Below, piece by piece: positions 40,829 to 51,032 of a DNA stretch of 64,000 bases. The translations under genes were made by a program, and so were the position numbers. The notes below the pieces were generated by a model that was not told where the DNA came from, did no database searches, and saw nothing but the letters and a program-made list of their open reading frames with translations. Origin of the DNA: Bacilli bacterium (GTDB taxonomy: Bacteria; Bacillota_I; Bacilli_A; JBKEDG01); the NCBI GenBank assembly GCA_047975285.1, contig JBKEDG010000061.1, positions 8,808-72,807 of the forward strand. Direction: 5' to 3'. The first letter of the stretch is position 1, and each line of letters opens with the position of its first letter.

Positions 40829-41671
40829 TTAACCTTTTTTATCACCATTGTAATCAAGAATATCAATCCATCTTGCATCCATCTGATTTTTAAACCATGT
40901 ATATTGTTTTTTTGCATATCTTCTTGAATTACGCTTTACTAATCTTACTGCCTCAACTAAATCTATATCTCCATTCAAATATTGTTCAAACTCCTTATAT
41001 CCTATTGCTTTCATCGATTGCATTGAAAAGTTTGCACCTTGATTAATAAGACTTCTAATCTCATCTAATAATCCTGCTTCTAGCATTCTATCAACTCTTT
41101 GATTAATTCTATCATAAAGAAAAGTTCTTTCCATTGTTAAGACATAAATATCGCAATCATACAGCAAATCTCCAATCGGTTTAATTTTATCTCCACTTTC
41201 AATTGCCCTTATCAACCTAATACGATTATTAATATGAATATTCTTCGCACGTTCTTTATCAATTCCTTTTAATACTTCCATAAGTTCCTCATTAGAATAA
41301 TTTGAGAAATCTTTATGTTCAATCTCACAAAAGTTATAATCATATAGAATTGTTTTTAAATAGTAGCCACTACCACCAACGAGAATTGCCACCTTACCCT
41401 TATCATTAATTTCTTTAATCTTATCTCTTGCAAGTTTTTGATATGTTGCTACACTTAATTCTTGATTAAAATCTAAAAATGAAAATAAATGATGCTCAAT
41501 TCCAGACATTTCATCCCTACTAATCTTAGCCGATCCAATATTTAATTGCTTATATACTTGATAAGCATCGCCATTAATTATTTCACCATTAACTTTTTTG
41601 GCCAATTGGATACTAAAATCTGTTTTACCAACACCAGTCGGACCTGCTACTACAATTAACTTCTTCATCAT
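40829..41671 (-). CDS. miaA: tRNA dimethylallyltransferase
   Basis: GPTGVGKT, DAYQVYK, GGSGYY, AIGYKE, RRYAKKQYTWF. Confidence 0.96.
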   Translation of the reverse strand: MMKKLIVVAGPTGVGKTDFSIQLAKKVNGEIINGDAYQVYKQLNIGSAKISRDEMSGIEHHLFSFLDFNQELSVATYQKLARDKIKEINDKGKVAILVGGSGYYLKTILYDYNFCEIEHKDFSNYSNEELMEVLKGIDKERAKNIHINNRIRLIRAIESGDKIKPIGDLLYDCDIYVLTMERTFLYDRINQRVDRMLEAGLLDEIRSLINQGANFSMQSMKAIGYKEFEQYLNGDIDLVEAVRLVKRNSRRYAKKQYTWFKNQMDARWIDILDYNGDKKG

Positions 41672-43404
41672 ATTACCCTCATAAACATTTTTTCTATTTC
41701 TTGAATTGAAAGTGTTACAATAATTGGCCTCCCGTGAGGACAGTGATATGGATTATTACACTCAAAAAGTTTGTCAATTATATGTTCCATTTCTTGAAGT
41801 GAAAGCATCGTATTAGCTTTCAAACTCTCTTTACAGCTCATAAGTTCAATTAGTTCATCTTTAATATCAAGTAGCTCAATTGGTTCTGATTTTAAAATTT
41901 TCTCAATAATCAACTCAATAGTTTCTTTTTCAAAATCGGTTTCAATCCACGACGGCACACAACGAACAATAAAATCATTATTACCAAACTCTTTAATGTC
42001 AATTTTAAGTTCTTTAAGTTTATGAATATTATCTTTAATAACTAAAGACTCTTCTAGAGACAATGTTATAACTACTGGAATAACTAGTTCGCTTAACTTA
42101 ACTTTTGACTCTATAAATATCATTTGGTTTTTTTCATAGTTTATTCTTTCCATTGCAGCGTGCTGATCAATTAAAACCAGTTCTGAATCGTTTTGTGCTA
42201 AAATATAAGTTTTAAAAAACTGGCCAATCGGTTCATATAATTTTTTAGAGTGTTTTACATTTTTTTTCTCATCATATGTTTCAGTTGGTTCAAGGATAAT
42301 ATTATTTATTAATTTTTTTTTCATTTTCTCTTCAATAATTTCGCTATAATTATAATCAATATCTCTAATTAAATTAAGAGGTTGCATTTCCTTATTTTTT
42401 TGAACATACTCAATTTTATGAGAGTTTTTACCAAGAAATTCTCTTAAAAGTTTTTCGATACTAATCTTTATTTCATCTTCTTTTGAAAATTTAATCTCAT
42501 ATTTATTTGGATGAATATTTACATCAATAAGCTCTGGCTCAATTCCAATATTTATAATACAAAATGGGTACCTATTTTTTGGTAAAAAATCTTTGAAACT
42601 TTCAAGGATTACTTTTTCAATAATGTTAGAGTTTATTACTCTTTTATTTACAAAAATATTTATATAACTCTTACTAGCTCGTTGAAAACTGGGTTTAGCT
42701 ACAATTATATTTAAATTGAAATCATTTTCACAAACACTTAATTCTTGTAATTCTCTAGCAATTTCAATTGAGTACAAGTCACGAATAGTCTTTATTATAT
42801 TTCCACTACCACTTGTTTCTAGTAAACTTTTACTATCATTACTAAGTTTAAAAACTATGCTAGGATTAGCTAAAGCACTTTTTCTAATATATTCTACGAT
42901 TTTTGCAGTTTCCATATATAGATTTTTAATGTATTTTAATCTAGCTGGCGTATTATAAAAAAGTTTAGTAATATTAATGGCAGTTCCCTTCCTAAATTCA
43001 CCCCTAATATTTTTAAGTACTTTTCCTGATTCTATTTCCAAGCAACTACTTTCTTTCCCATCACAAGTTTCTATGACAAGTTTGCTAACTTCTGCAATAG
43101 AACTTAGTGCTTCACCTCTAAAACCCAATGTAGCAATTTTATACAACATTTCATCACTTGTTAATTTACTACTCGCATGTCTTTTTGTACACATTAGAAC
43201 ATCATTATTATCCATACCATCGCCATCATCAACTACACTTATATAGTCAATACCACCATTTTTTAATGCAATATAAATTTTTTTACTATTTGCATCAATA
43301 CTGTTCTCAACCAATTCTTTAACTACACTTAACGGTCTTTCAACTACCTCGCCAGCAGCAATTTTATTAGCTAGGCTATCACTCATTATTTTTATTTGTC
43401 CCAT
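41668..43404 (-). CDS. mutL: DNA mismatch repair endonuclease MutL
   Basis: IAAGEVVERP, GFRGEAL, DQHAAMERINYE, CPHGRP. Confidence 0.97.
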   Translation of the reverse strand: MGQIKIMSDSLANKIAAGEVVERPLSVVKELVENSIDANSKKIYIALKNGGIDYISVVDDGDGMDNNDVLMCTKRHASSKLTSDEMLYKIATLGFRGEALSSIAEVSKLVIETCDGKESSCLEIESGKVLKNIRGEFRKGTAINITKLFYNTPARLKYIKNLYMETAKIVEYIRKSALANPSIVFKLSNDSKSLLETSGSGNIIKTIRDLYSIEIARELQELSVCENDFNLNIIVAKPSFQRASKSYINIFVNKRVINSNIIEKVILESFKDFLPKNRYPFCIINIGIEPELIDVNIHPNKYEIKFSKEDEIKISIEKLLREFLGKNSHKIEYVQKNKEMQPLNLIRDIDYNYSEIIEEKMKKKLINNIILEPTETYDEKKNVKHSKKLYEPIGQFFKTYILAQNDSELVLIDQHAAMERINYEKNQMIFIESKVKLSELVIPVVITLSLEESLVIKDNIHKLKELKIDIKEFGNNDFIVRCVPSWIETDFEKETIELIIEKILKSEPIELLDIKDELIELMSCKESLKANTMLSLQEMEHIIDKLFECNNPYHCPHGRPIIVTLSIQEIEKMFMRVI

Positions 43405-43446
43405 ATTAATCTCCTTACAAAAAAATAACTAGCAAGACTAATTATT

Positions 43447-43959
43447 TTAAATTTTCTTATAATATCCTAAAGCAATCTCATCAGAAAATGGAAAAACATT
43501 TTTTTTATACAAATTAATTACATAATCTAAAGTTTCAAAGGCAATTTTTTCTATTTTTCTGGAATATTCCATAGAAAACTTATGGCAATAAAATTCATTT
43601 ATATCCATAATTTTGTATTTACCATTTTTGAAAGTTTTAAGATCTAAATCATAATCAATATATTTTATCGCTCCATTATCAAACACGCATGGACTACTTA
43701 TATTTGTATAGTAATATACTCCATCATTTCTAAGCATTGCAATTACATTGAACCATTCCTTATAAAAGAAATATAGTATTGCAGGTTCCTTTGTATACCA
43801 TACCCGTTTCGTAGATTCAACAACCTTAGTATTTTTAGTACAAACAACAATCTTTTTATCATCAACCTCAATAACTTTAGCATTTTTCCATATACGATGG
43901 ATATTTCCATTGTGCTTAAATGACATTATTTTTACTATATCATCTTTTTTAATGTTCAC
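43447..43959 (-). CDS. DUF402 / YgaC-type nucleoside tri/diphosphatase
   Basis: FKHNGNIHRIW, EPAI, WFNVI, YIDYDLD motifs. Confidence 0.85.
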   Translation of the reverse strand: MNIKKDDIVKIMSFKHNGNIHRIWKNAKVIEVDDKKIVVCTKNTKVVESTKRVWYTKEPAILYFFYKEWFNVIAMLRNDGVYYYTNISSPCVFDNGAIKYIDYDLDLKTFKNGKYKIMDINEFYCHKFSMEYSRKIEKIAFETLDYVINLYKKNVFPFSDEIALGYYKKI

Positions 43960-44272
43960 AAAAAATCACATCCTATTTAATTGTACCACATTTTTTATCA
44001 GATATCTAATAAATCATTTAAAAAATCAAGTAAAAAGTAAAAAATAAAGAAATAATTTTACCATAATTTATTTTTTTATCCACGAAATAGGAAAGATTTC
44101 ATATCGATGCTTATTGATTATACTATTTTAACCTAATAACCCAAACTGCACATTATCGTGTAAATTATATCCAAAATAAATAAAATATATCATAGGAAAT
44201 TATTTTAATTTAAAAGGCAGCCTATATTAAGTGTATAAATTTATATAACAAACTTTTATAAAATAACATATT

Positions 44273-44304
44273 AAAAAGACCATCGATTTGTTTATCGACA
44301 GTCT
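44273..44304 (-). terminator. Terminator of PFOR gene
   Basis: Imperfect AGAC..TCGAT/ATCGA..GTCT stem with A-run on + strand. Confidence 0.55.
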
Positions 44305-44321
44305 AATCTAACTTCTTTTTA

Positions 44322-47300
44322 TTAATACTCAAGTGATGCTAAACGCATATAATAATTGTAACGTTTCTTAGCTTCTTTCATATTAGCCTCTAACAACATT
44401 TCTACTTTATCAGGATTAATTGTATTTAAAGCAGCATATCTATTCTCACTTAATAAATGATCTTTATATACAGCCCAGTTTGGTTCTTTACAATCAAGAA
44501 CTAGTGGGTTTTTACCTTCTTCTTCAAGAGCAGGATTATATCTAAATGTTAACCAATATCCAGCATCAACTGCCTGTTTTTCTTGAGAGATAGAATTACC
44601 CAGTCCACCTTTAATTTGATGTGCTATACAAGGAGAATAAGCAATTACAATTGAAGGTCCTTTATGCTCCTCAGCCTCTTTAATCGCTTTTAAGAACTGA
44701 TTTTGATTATGACCAATTGCACATTGAGCAACATAAACATGTCCATAACTCATAGCAATTGCTGCTAAATCTTTTTTCTTGCCATTTTTACCTGCAGCAG
44801 TAAAGGCAGCAATTGAACCAGTCTGAGAAGATTTTGAACTTTGTCCTCCTGTATTTGAATACACTTCTGTATCCAGAACAAGAATATTAATATCCATATT
44901 ATTGGCAATAACATGATCTAAACCACCGTAACCAATGTCGTAAGCCCATCCGTCTCCACCAAAAGCCCAAACAGATTTCTTAACAATTTGATCTTCATGT
45001 TCTAGAATAGAATTTGCCCACGTTGAACCGTTTTCTTTAAGTAATCTTACTAACTCAGGTCTAACTTTTAATGTAGTTTCTGCATCATTTCTATTGTTAA
45101 TCCACTCTTTCATAACAACTTGTAAATCATTACTTGCACTTGACATATTTTCTTCCATAAATCTATGTATTTTATTTCTTAATGTTTCACTTGCAACTGC
45201 CATCCCAAATCCAAACTCAGCGTTATCTTCAAATAAAGAATTTGCCCACGCTGGTCCATGACCATCATGATTTGTTGTATAAGGAGTAACCGGAGCACTA
45301 CCACCATATATAGAAGAACATCCCGTAGCATTTGCAATAATCATTCTATCACCAAATAACTGTGTAACAGCTTTAATATATGGAGTTTCTCCACAACCTG
45401 CACAAGCACCTGAGAATTCAAATAATGGCTTAGCAAACTGTGATCCTTTTACGCTATTTAAACCATAAACATCTGTTTTAACACTTACATTATTAGTATC
45501 GAATAAATAATCCGTATTTACAATTTCATGTTTTTCTTCATCAATTGGAGTCATTTCAAGCGCTTTAACACCTTTCTTCCCAGGACAAACATTAACACAA
45601 ACTTTACATCCTGTACAATCTAGTGTTGAAACTTGAATTCTGTATTGTAAATCAGCAGCATCTTTACCTATTGCATTTAGTGTTGCAAATTCTTGTGGTG
45701 CGTTTTTCACTTCTTCAGGTGTTAAAAGCACAGGACGAATAACTGCATGCGGACAAACATACGCACATTGATTACATTGAATACAATTATCCTCTATCCA
45801 ATTTGGAACAAAGTCAGCAATACCACGTTTTTCATAAGCAGTTGTACCTACCTCAAATGTACCATTTTCATATCCTTCAAAAACACTTACTGGTAAATCA
45901 TACCCCTTAATTGCATTTACAGGATCAACAATGTTTTTAACAAAATTAGGACGGTTACTATCAACAACAATCTGCTCATCTTCTAAATTAGCCCATGCTG
46001 GATCAATTTTTACTTCAACTAATTTTGAAGCGCCTGACTCAATAGCTTTTATGTTAAGTTCAACGACACTTTTCCCTTTTCTTCCATACAACTTTTCAAC
46101 GTAATCTTTCATATGTTTTTCTGCATCATTATACGGCATTATCTGTTCATTTAACTTAAAGAAGGCACTTTGCATAATCGTATTTGTTCTATTTCCTAGA
46201 CCAATTTCAAGTGCTAAATTTACAGCATCTATAATATAAAACTTAGCTTCTTTATCTGCTAATTGACGTTTTACACTATTAGGCATAAATTCAACAATTT
46301 CTTCTGGACTTTTTATAGTGTTTAAAAGGAAAGTCCCACCTTTTCTTAATCCACCAATCATATCATATTTTGCTAAATAAGCATCTCTAGAACACGACAC
46401 AAAACTTGGATGATTAACTAAATATGTACTTCTAATTGGATTATCACCAAATCTTAAATGCGAACGTGTAACACCACCTGATTTCTTTGAATCATATGCA
46501 AAATAAGCTTGCGCATATAAATCTGTTTTTTCTCCAATTATTTTAATCGTATTCTTGTTTGCACCAATAGTACCATCACTTCCAAGACCAAAGAATAAAC
46601 ATTCAGTAACATCTTTATCTGTAGCATTAAATGATTTATCTACATCTAAGCTTAGATTAGTAACATCGTCAATAATACCAACTGTAAATGGATGTTTCAT
46701 TTCTTTAGCCAAGTTATCATAAACAGCCTTCATTTGTGCTGGTGTTGTATCTTTTGAACTTAACCCGTATCTTCCACCAATTATTTGTGGTTTTGAAGTT
46801 TCTCCATTGTATAAAGCAACAATATCCAGATACAGTGGTTCTCCTAAAGAACCTGGTTCCTTAGTACGATCAAGTACAGCAATTTTATTTACAGTACTTG
46901 GAAGCGCCTTAAAGAAGTATTCCTTACTAAATGGACGGTATAAATGAACTGATAGCAATCCAACTTTACGCCCTTCTTTAGTAAGAACGTCAATTGTTTC
47001 TTTAATCGCCTCAGTAACAGACCCCATCGCTACAATAACATCCGTAGCATCTTTTTCACCATAGTATACAAATGGTGCATACTCTCTACCTGTAACTTTT
47101 GATATTTCATTCATGTAATTTGCAACAATATCAGGTACAGCATTATAATATTTGTTAGAAACTTCTCTAGTTTGGAAGTAAATATCATCGTTTTGAGCTG
47201 ACCCTCTCATAACTGGATGTTCTGGATTAAGTGCATTTGCACGATATCTCTTAACAGCATCCCAATCAAGTAAATTACGATAAACCTCATAATCCATAAC

Positions 47301-47852
47301 TTCTATTTTTTGAATCTCGTGTGAAGTTCTAAATCCGTCAAAGAAATGCATAAAAGGTACACGCCCCTTAATTGCACTTAAATGAGCAACTCCACCTAAA
47401 TCCATTGCCTCTTGAACTGAACCAGAAGCAAGCATAGCATATCCAGTCATTCTAGCAGCATAAATATCTTGGTGATCACCAAAAATTGATAGAGCTTGTG
47501 CTGCTATACTACGTGCTGAAACATGAATAACACTCGGAAGTAATTCTCCTGCCATTTTAAACATATTAGGTACTTTTAACAGTAACCCTTGTGATGCCGT
47601 GTAAGTAGTTGTAAGAGCACCAGCTTGTAAGGAACCATGAACTGTACCTGCAGCTCCCGCCTCTGATTGCATTTCAACAACATTTACAACCGAACCAAAT
47701 AAATTCTTCATTCCTTGAGAAGCCCAAACATCAACTTTTTCTGCCATTGGGCTTGAAGGTGTAATAGGATAAATACCTGCAACTTCAGTAAACGCGTACG
47801 AAGTATGAGCAGCCGCTTCATTCCCATCCATAGATCTAAATACTTTTTTCAT
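44322..47852 (-). CDS. nifJ: Pyruvate:ferredoxin (flavodoxin) oxidoreductase
   Basis: YPITPSS, CIQCNQCAYVCP, CTGCKVCVNVCP, SGACAGCGE, GGDGWAYDIG; 1176 aa single chain. Confidence 0.97.
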   Translation of the reverse strand: MKKVFRSMDGNEAAAHTSYAFTEVAGIYPITPSSPMAEKVDVWASQGMKNLFGSVVNVVEMQSEAGAAGTVHGSLQAGALTTTYTASQGLLLKVPNMFKMAGELLPSVIHVSARSIAAQALSIFGDHQDIYAARMTGYAMLASGSVQEAMDLGGVAHLSAIKGRVPFMHFFDGFRTSHEIQKIEVMDYEVYRNLLDWDAVKRYRANALNPEHPVMRGSAQNDDIYFQTREVSNKYYNAVPDIVANYMNEISKVTGREYAPFVYYGEKDATDVIVAMGSVTEAIKETIDVLTKEGRKVGLLSVHLYRPFSKEYFFKALPSTVNKIAVLDRTKEPGSLGEPLYLDIVALYNGETSKPQIIGGRYGLSSKDTTPAQMKAVYDNLAKEMKHPFTVGIIDDVTNLSLDVDKSFNATDKDVTECLFFGLGSDGTIGANKNTIKIIGEKTDLYAQAYFAYDSKKSGGVTRSHLRFGDNPIRSTYLVNHPSFVSCSRDAYLAKYDMIGGLRKGGTFLLNTIKSPEEIVEFMPNSVKRQLADKEAKFYIIDAVNLALEIGLGNRTNTIMQSAFFKLNEQIMPYNDAEKHMKDYVEKLYGRKGKSVVELNIKAIESGASKLVEVKIDPAWANLEDEQIVVDSNRPNFVKNIVDPVNAIKGYDLPVSVFEGYENGTFEVGTTAYEKRGIADFVPNWIEDNCIQCNQCAYVCPHAVIRPVLLTPEEVKNAPQEFATLNAIGKDAADLQYRIQVSTLDCTGCKVCVNVCPGKKGVKALEMTPIDEEKHEIVNTDYLFDTNNVSVKTDVYGLNSVKGSQFAKPLFEFSGACAGCGETPYIKAVTQLFGDRMIIANATGCSSIYGGSAPVTPYTTNHDGHGPAWANSLFEDNAEFGFGMAVASETLRNKIHRFMEENMSSASNDLQVVMKEWINNRNDAETTLKVRPELVRLLKENGSTWANSILEHEDQIVKKSVWAFGGDGWAYDIGYGGLDHVIANNMDINILVLDTEVYSNTGGQSSKSSQTGSIAAFTAAGKNGKKKDLAAIAMSYGHVYVAQCAIGHNQNQFLKAIKEAEEHKGPSIVIAYSPCIAHQIKGGLGNSISQEKQAVDAGYWLTFRYNPALEEEGKNPLVLDCKEPNWAVYKDHLLSENRYAALNTINPDKVEMLLEANMKEAKKRYNYYMRLASLEY

Positions 47853-47945
47853 CTGTGTAGCCTCCTTTATATTCTGCTTCTAAATTATAACATATTATAC
47901 ATTAAAAATAAATACCAATGCTAACAATTGAAGTAAAAACGAAGA

Positions 47946-48869
47946 TTAATTCCTACTTATATAGTTATATTCATCTAAACTAATTTGCAACTTATATATT
48001 TCATTACTTTTTTCACCAACATACCTAAAATGTCCCCGTTCTTCATACTTAAAAATTGCAGAATATTCTTTCTTGAAACGCAAAATAAAACCATATTTAC
48101 TACCTATTTTTTCTATTGTACTATCATGCTCTTCTTTATAATCTAAATCAATTGCTAGTCCTGTTGCATGTTCATCGTACAAATCACCTTTATCTAAAGT
48201 CTTAACAATTGTGTATTTTATATTAAAACTATCAAGTTCATCAAAAAATTTTTCTAGGTCATTGCACATTTTATTATTGTATACGCTGAATCCATAACAA
48301 TAAGTCCAATTTCTGTTAGCACTATTTAACTTATTATATTTATTAACAATACTAAGTTCATTAACTTCATAAATAGTATTATAGTTATCATATGCACTTA
48401 AATCATAATCTAAATTTACATTTAAAATAGCATCTTCTCCTTTATAATCTAAATACCTTTCTGTCCTTGATTCTATAAAATACTCATCGCCAAATAATTT
48501 CCTAAATTTTCTATTATTGGATTTATTTATTAATTTGTAATCAAATTCTATTTCAACCATCTTTATTATGTCATCTATACTATAATATTTAGTTAAATGA
48601 TTAATTTTATCTAAATTCACATCACAATTTCTAATTTTTTTATAGATGCCAATGTTATTTACATCAAAATCGTCTTTTAATATATTACAATCAATATATT
48701 CATAATATCGATCTAATTCTATCTCTAACTCTTGAATCTTTTGATATGAATTATTATTGTATTTATATAAATTTTCTTCGATAACAAAGTCATTTGCTGG
48801 ATTATAATTCATATAAATCACAAAAATTATAAATATTGAAATAATAAAAAAAGGAATATACGTTTTCAT
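47946..48869 (-). CDS. Membrane-anchored VanY/M15B-like carboxypeptidase, degenerate
   Basis: N-terminal TM; VNK, EHATGLAID, YGFILR, ERGHFRYVG motifs. Confidence 0.7.
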   Translation of the reverse strand: MKTYIPFFIISIFIIFVIYMNYNPANDFVIEENLYKYNNNSYQKIQELEIELDRYYEYIDCNILKDDFDVNNIGIYKKIRNCDVNLDKINHLTKYYSIDDIIKMVEIEFDYKLINKSNNRKFRKLFGDEYFIESRTERYLDYKGEDAILNVNLDYDLSAYDNYNTIYEVNELSIVNKYNKLNSANRNWTYCYGFSVYNNKMCNDLEKFFDELDSFNIKYTIVKTLDKGDLYDEHATGLAIDLDYKEEHDSTIEKIGSKYGFILRFKKEYSAIFKYEERGHFRYVGEKSNEIYKLQISLDEYNYISRN

Positions 48870-48912
48870 AAATCACCTCAAACTTATATTCCATAAAACT
48901 ATTTATTTTCAT

Positions 48913-51024
48913 TTATTTTACAAGATCAGTTATAACTTCTCTTGGCTTACTTCCATTTTGTGGACCAATAATTCCATTCATTTCTAAGTCATCAATCAAT
49001 CGCGAAGCACGATTGTATCCTATTCTAAATTTTCTTTGTAAAAGAGAGGTTGATGCACTCCCATTTTCCAAAACAAATTCCAAAACATCTTCATAAAGAT
49101 CATCCTCACTTTTTGATTGCTCTTTAGGTTTATTAATACTCATCATCTCTTCATCAAACTTAGCTAATTGTTGCTTAGAACAATAGTAAACAACATTTTC
49201 AACTTCCTCTTCACTTAAAAACGCTCCTTGAATTCTAAGTGGATGGTTCTGTCCCATTGGTAAAAATAACATATCTCCTTTACCTAGCAACTTTTCTGCA
49301 CCTATACTATCTAAAATTGTTCTTGAATCAATACTACTACTCACTCCAAATGCTATTCTTGATGGAATATTAGACTTAATCACACCTGTGATTATGTCTG
49401 TTGAAGGGCGTTGAGTTGCAACTATCAGATGAATCCCTGCAGCCCTTGCCATTTGTGTAATTCTCATAATCGAATCTTCAACATCTTTGCAAGCTACAAG
49501 CATTAAATCTGCAAGTTCATCTACAATAACTACAATATAAGGAATTTTAGCTTCAACCAACCCACTTTCTTCCATTTTTTGATTATATGATTCAAAATTT
49601 TTACACCCTTTATCACTAAACAAGTCATACCTTCTCTCCATTTCAGCAACAATTTTTTGAAGTGCCATTGATGCTTTTCTTGGATCAGTAACAACTGGAG
49701 AAAGCAAATGTGGCAAGCCATTATACCCACTCAACTCAACTTTTTTAGGATCAATCATTAACATTTTTACTTCACTTGGCGTTGCACGCATTGCTAAAGA
49801 AATTATAATTGAATTAATGCACACACTTTTACCACTACCAGTAGCACCCGCAACTAGTAAATGTGGCATTTTACTTAATGTTGTATAAACAGGTTTACCC
49901 ATAATATCTTTACCTAGTACAAAAACAGTTTTATTTGCTTCACTTTTAGGTATAGTATCTAAAATTTCTTTTAGCGTTACTATACTTGCTTGGTCATTAG
50001 GAATTTCTATTCCAACAGTATTCTTTTGAGGAATAGGCGCTTGGATTCTAACATCCTTAGCGGCAAGGGCAAGGGCAAGTTCCCCACTAAGATTTCTAAC
50101 TTTTGAAAGCTTCGTTCCAATTTGTAGTTCAATTTCAAATTGAGTAACAGTTGGTCCTACATTAGTAGCAACAACACAACAATTTACACCAAATTGAGCA
50201 AATGTATTAACCAAGATATCAGCCTTGCTCTTAAGTTGTTCTTTAGAAATTGTTTTATTTTTTATACCATTTGCTAGTAGTGCATTAGGTGGTAATTCAT
50301 ATTTACCAGATGTACTTATTTCCATAGTAGAGGCTTTTTGAATATTACGTGAAGTCTCTACTTTCTCAGCCCTGTCATTATTAACATTTTCTTCAAAATC
50401 ATAAATTTTCATCTTTCTATTGTTATTTTTAATTTTAGTAATTAAAGGTTTCTTGACTTTATTGATTTTTACCTTATTTTTTTTCTTTTCTTTTTTTAAA
50501 AAAGAAAGCAATGGTTTTTGAAAAAACAAGAGCAAAGAAACAACTACTAAAGCAGAAAATACTATAATAGTTCCAACTAAGTTAAATAACTTTATAGATA
50601 TTGTCGCTAGCGTATATCCTAATATACCACCAGAAAAATTGCTTAAATCATTAGATTTTATATACTTTGAAATACTATCAAATAAAACGTCCACATATCT
50701 AAGAAATTCGCTATTTTTTTCCACACTAAGAAGTGATGTAAATACAAGTAAACTAACTAACCCCAAAATCAATGCCATAAACTTATAAAACTTAACACCC
50801 TTAATTTCTTTGGATAATATTGCAGTAATTGCATATACAAAAGCCAGTGCATAAATAATGAAAGAATTATTACCAAAAAAGAATATTAAAAAGGCACCAC
50901 ACAGTCTACTAAACGTTCCTATTCCAAAAAATAATAAAATTGAAACTGCAAGTAGAGAAACTCCAATAATCTCTGTCTTAACAACTGAATTAATTTCTTT
51001 CTTTTTTTTATCTTTTTTAGCCAT
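48913..51024 (-). CDS. ftsK: DNA translocase FtsK/SpoIIIE
   Basis: N-terminal TMs, PHLLVAGATGSGKS, DELADLM, ATQRPS, gamma domain LQRKFRIGYNRA. Confidence 0.97.
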   Translation of the reverse strand: MAKKDKKKKEINSVVKTEIIGVSLLAVSILLFFGIGTFSRLCGAFLIFFFGNNSFIIYALAFVYAITAILSKEIKGVKFYKFMALILGLVSLLVFTSLLSVEKNSEFLRYVDVLFDSISKYIKSNDLSNFSGGILGYTLATISIKLFNLVGTIIVFSALVVVSLLLFFQKPLLSFLKKEKKKNKVKINKVKKPLITKIKNNNRKMKIYDFEENVNNDRAEKVETSRNIQKASTMEISTSGKYELPPNALLANGIKNKTISKEQLKSKADILVNTFAQFGVNCCVVATNVGPTVTQFEIELQIGTKLSKVRNLSGELALALAAKDVRIQAPIPQKNTVGIEIPNDQASIVTLKEILDTIPKSEANKTVFVLGKDIMGKPVYTTLSKMPHLLVAGATGSGKSVCINSIIISLAMRATPSEVKMLMIDPKKVELSGYNGLPHLLSPVVTDPRKASMALQKIVAEMERRYDLFSDKGCKNFESYNQKMEESGLVEAKIPYIVVIVDELADLMLVACKDVEDSIMRITQMARAAGIHLIVATQRPSTDIITGVIKSNIPSRIAFGVSSSIDSRTILDSIGAEKLLGKGDMLFLPMGQNHPLRIQGAFLSEEEVENVVYYCSKQQLAKFDEEMMSINKPKEQSKSEDDLYEDVLEFVLENGSASTSLLQRKFRIGYNRASRLIDDLEMNGIIGPQNGSKPREVITDLVK

Positions 51025-51032
51025 ATTCTCCC

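Noticed and set aside
43960-44270. Long intergenic region as possible sRNA or small gene
   Set aside because: Only very short ORFs without RBS, and no convincing structure or RNA-family motif by eye.
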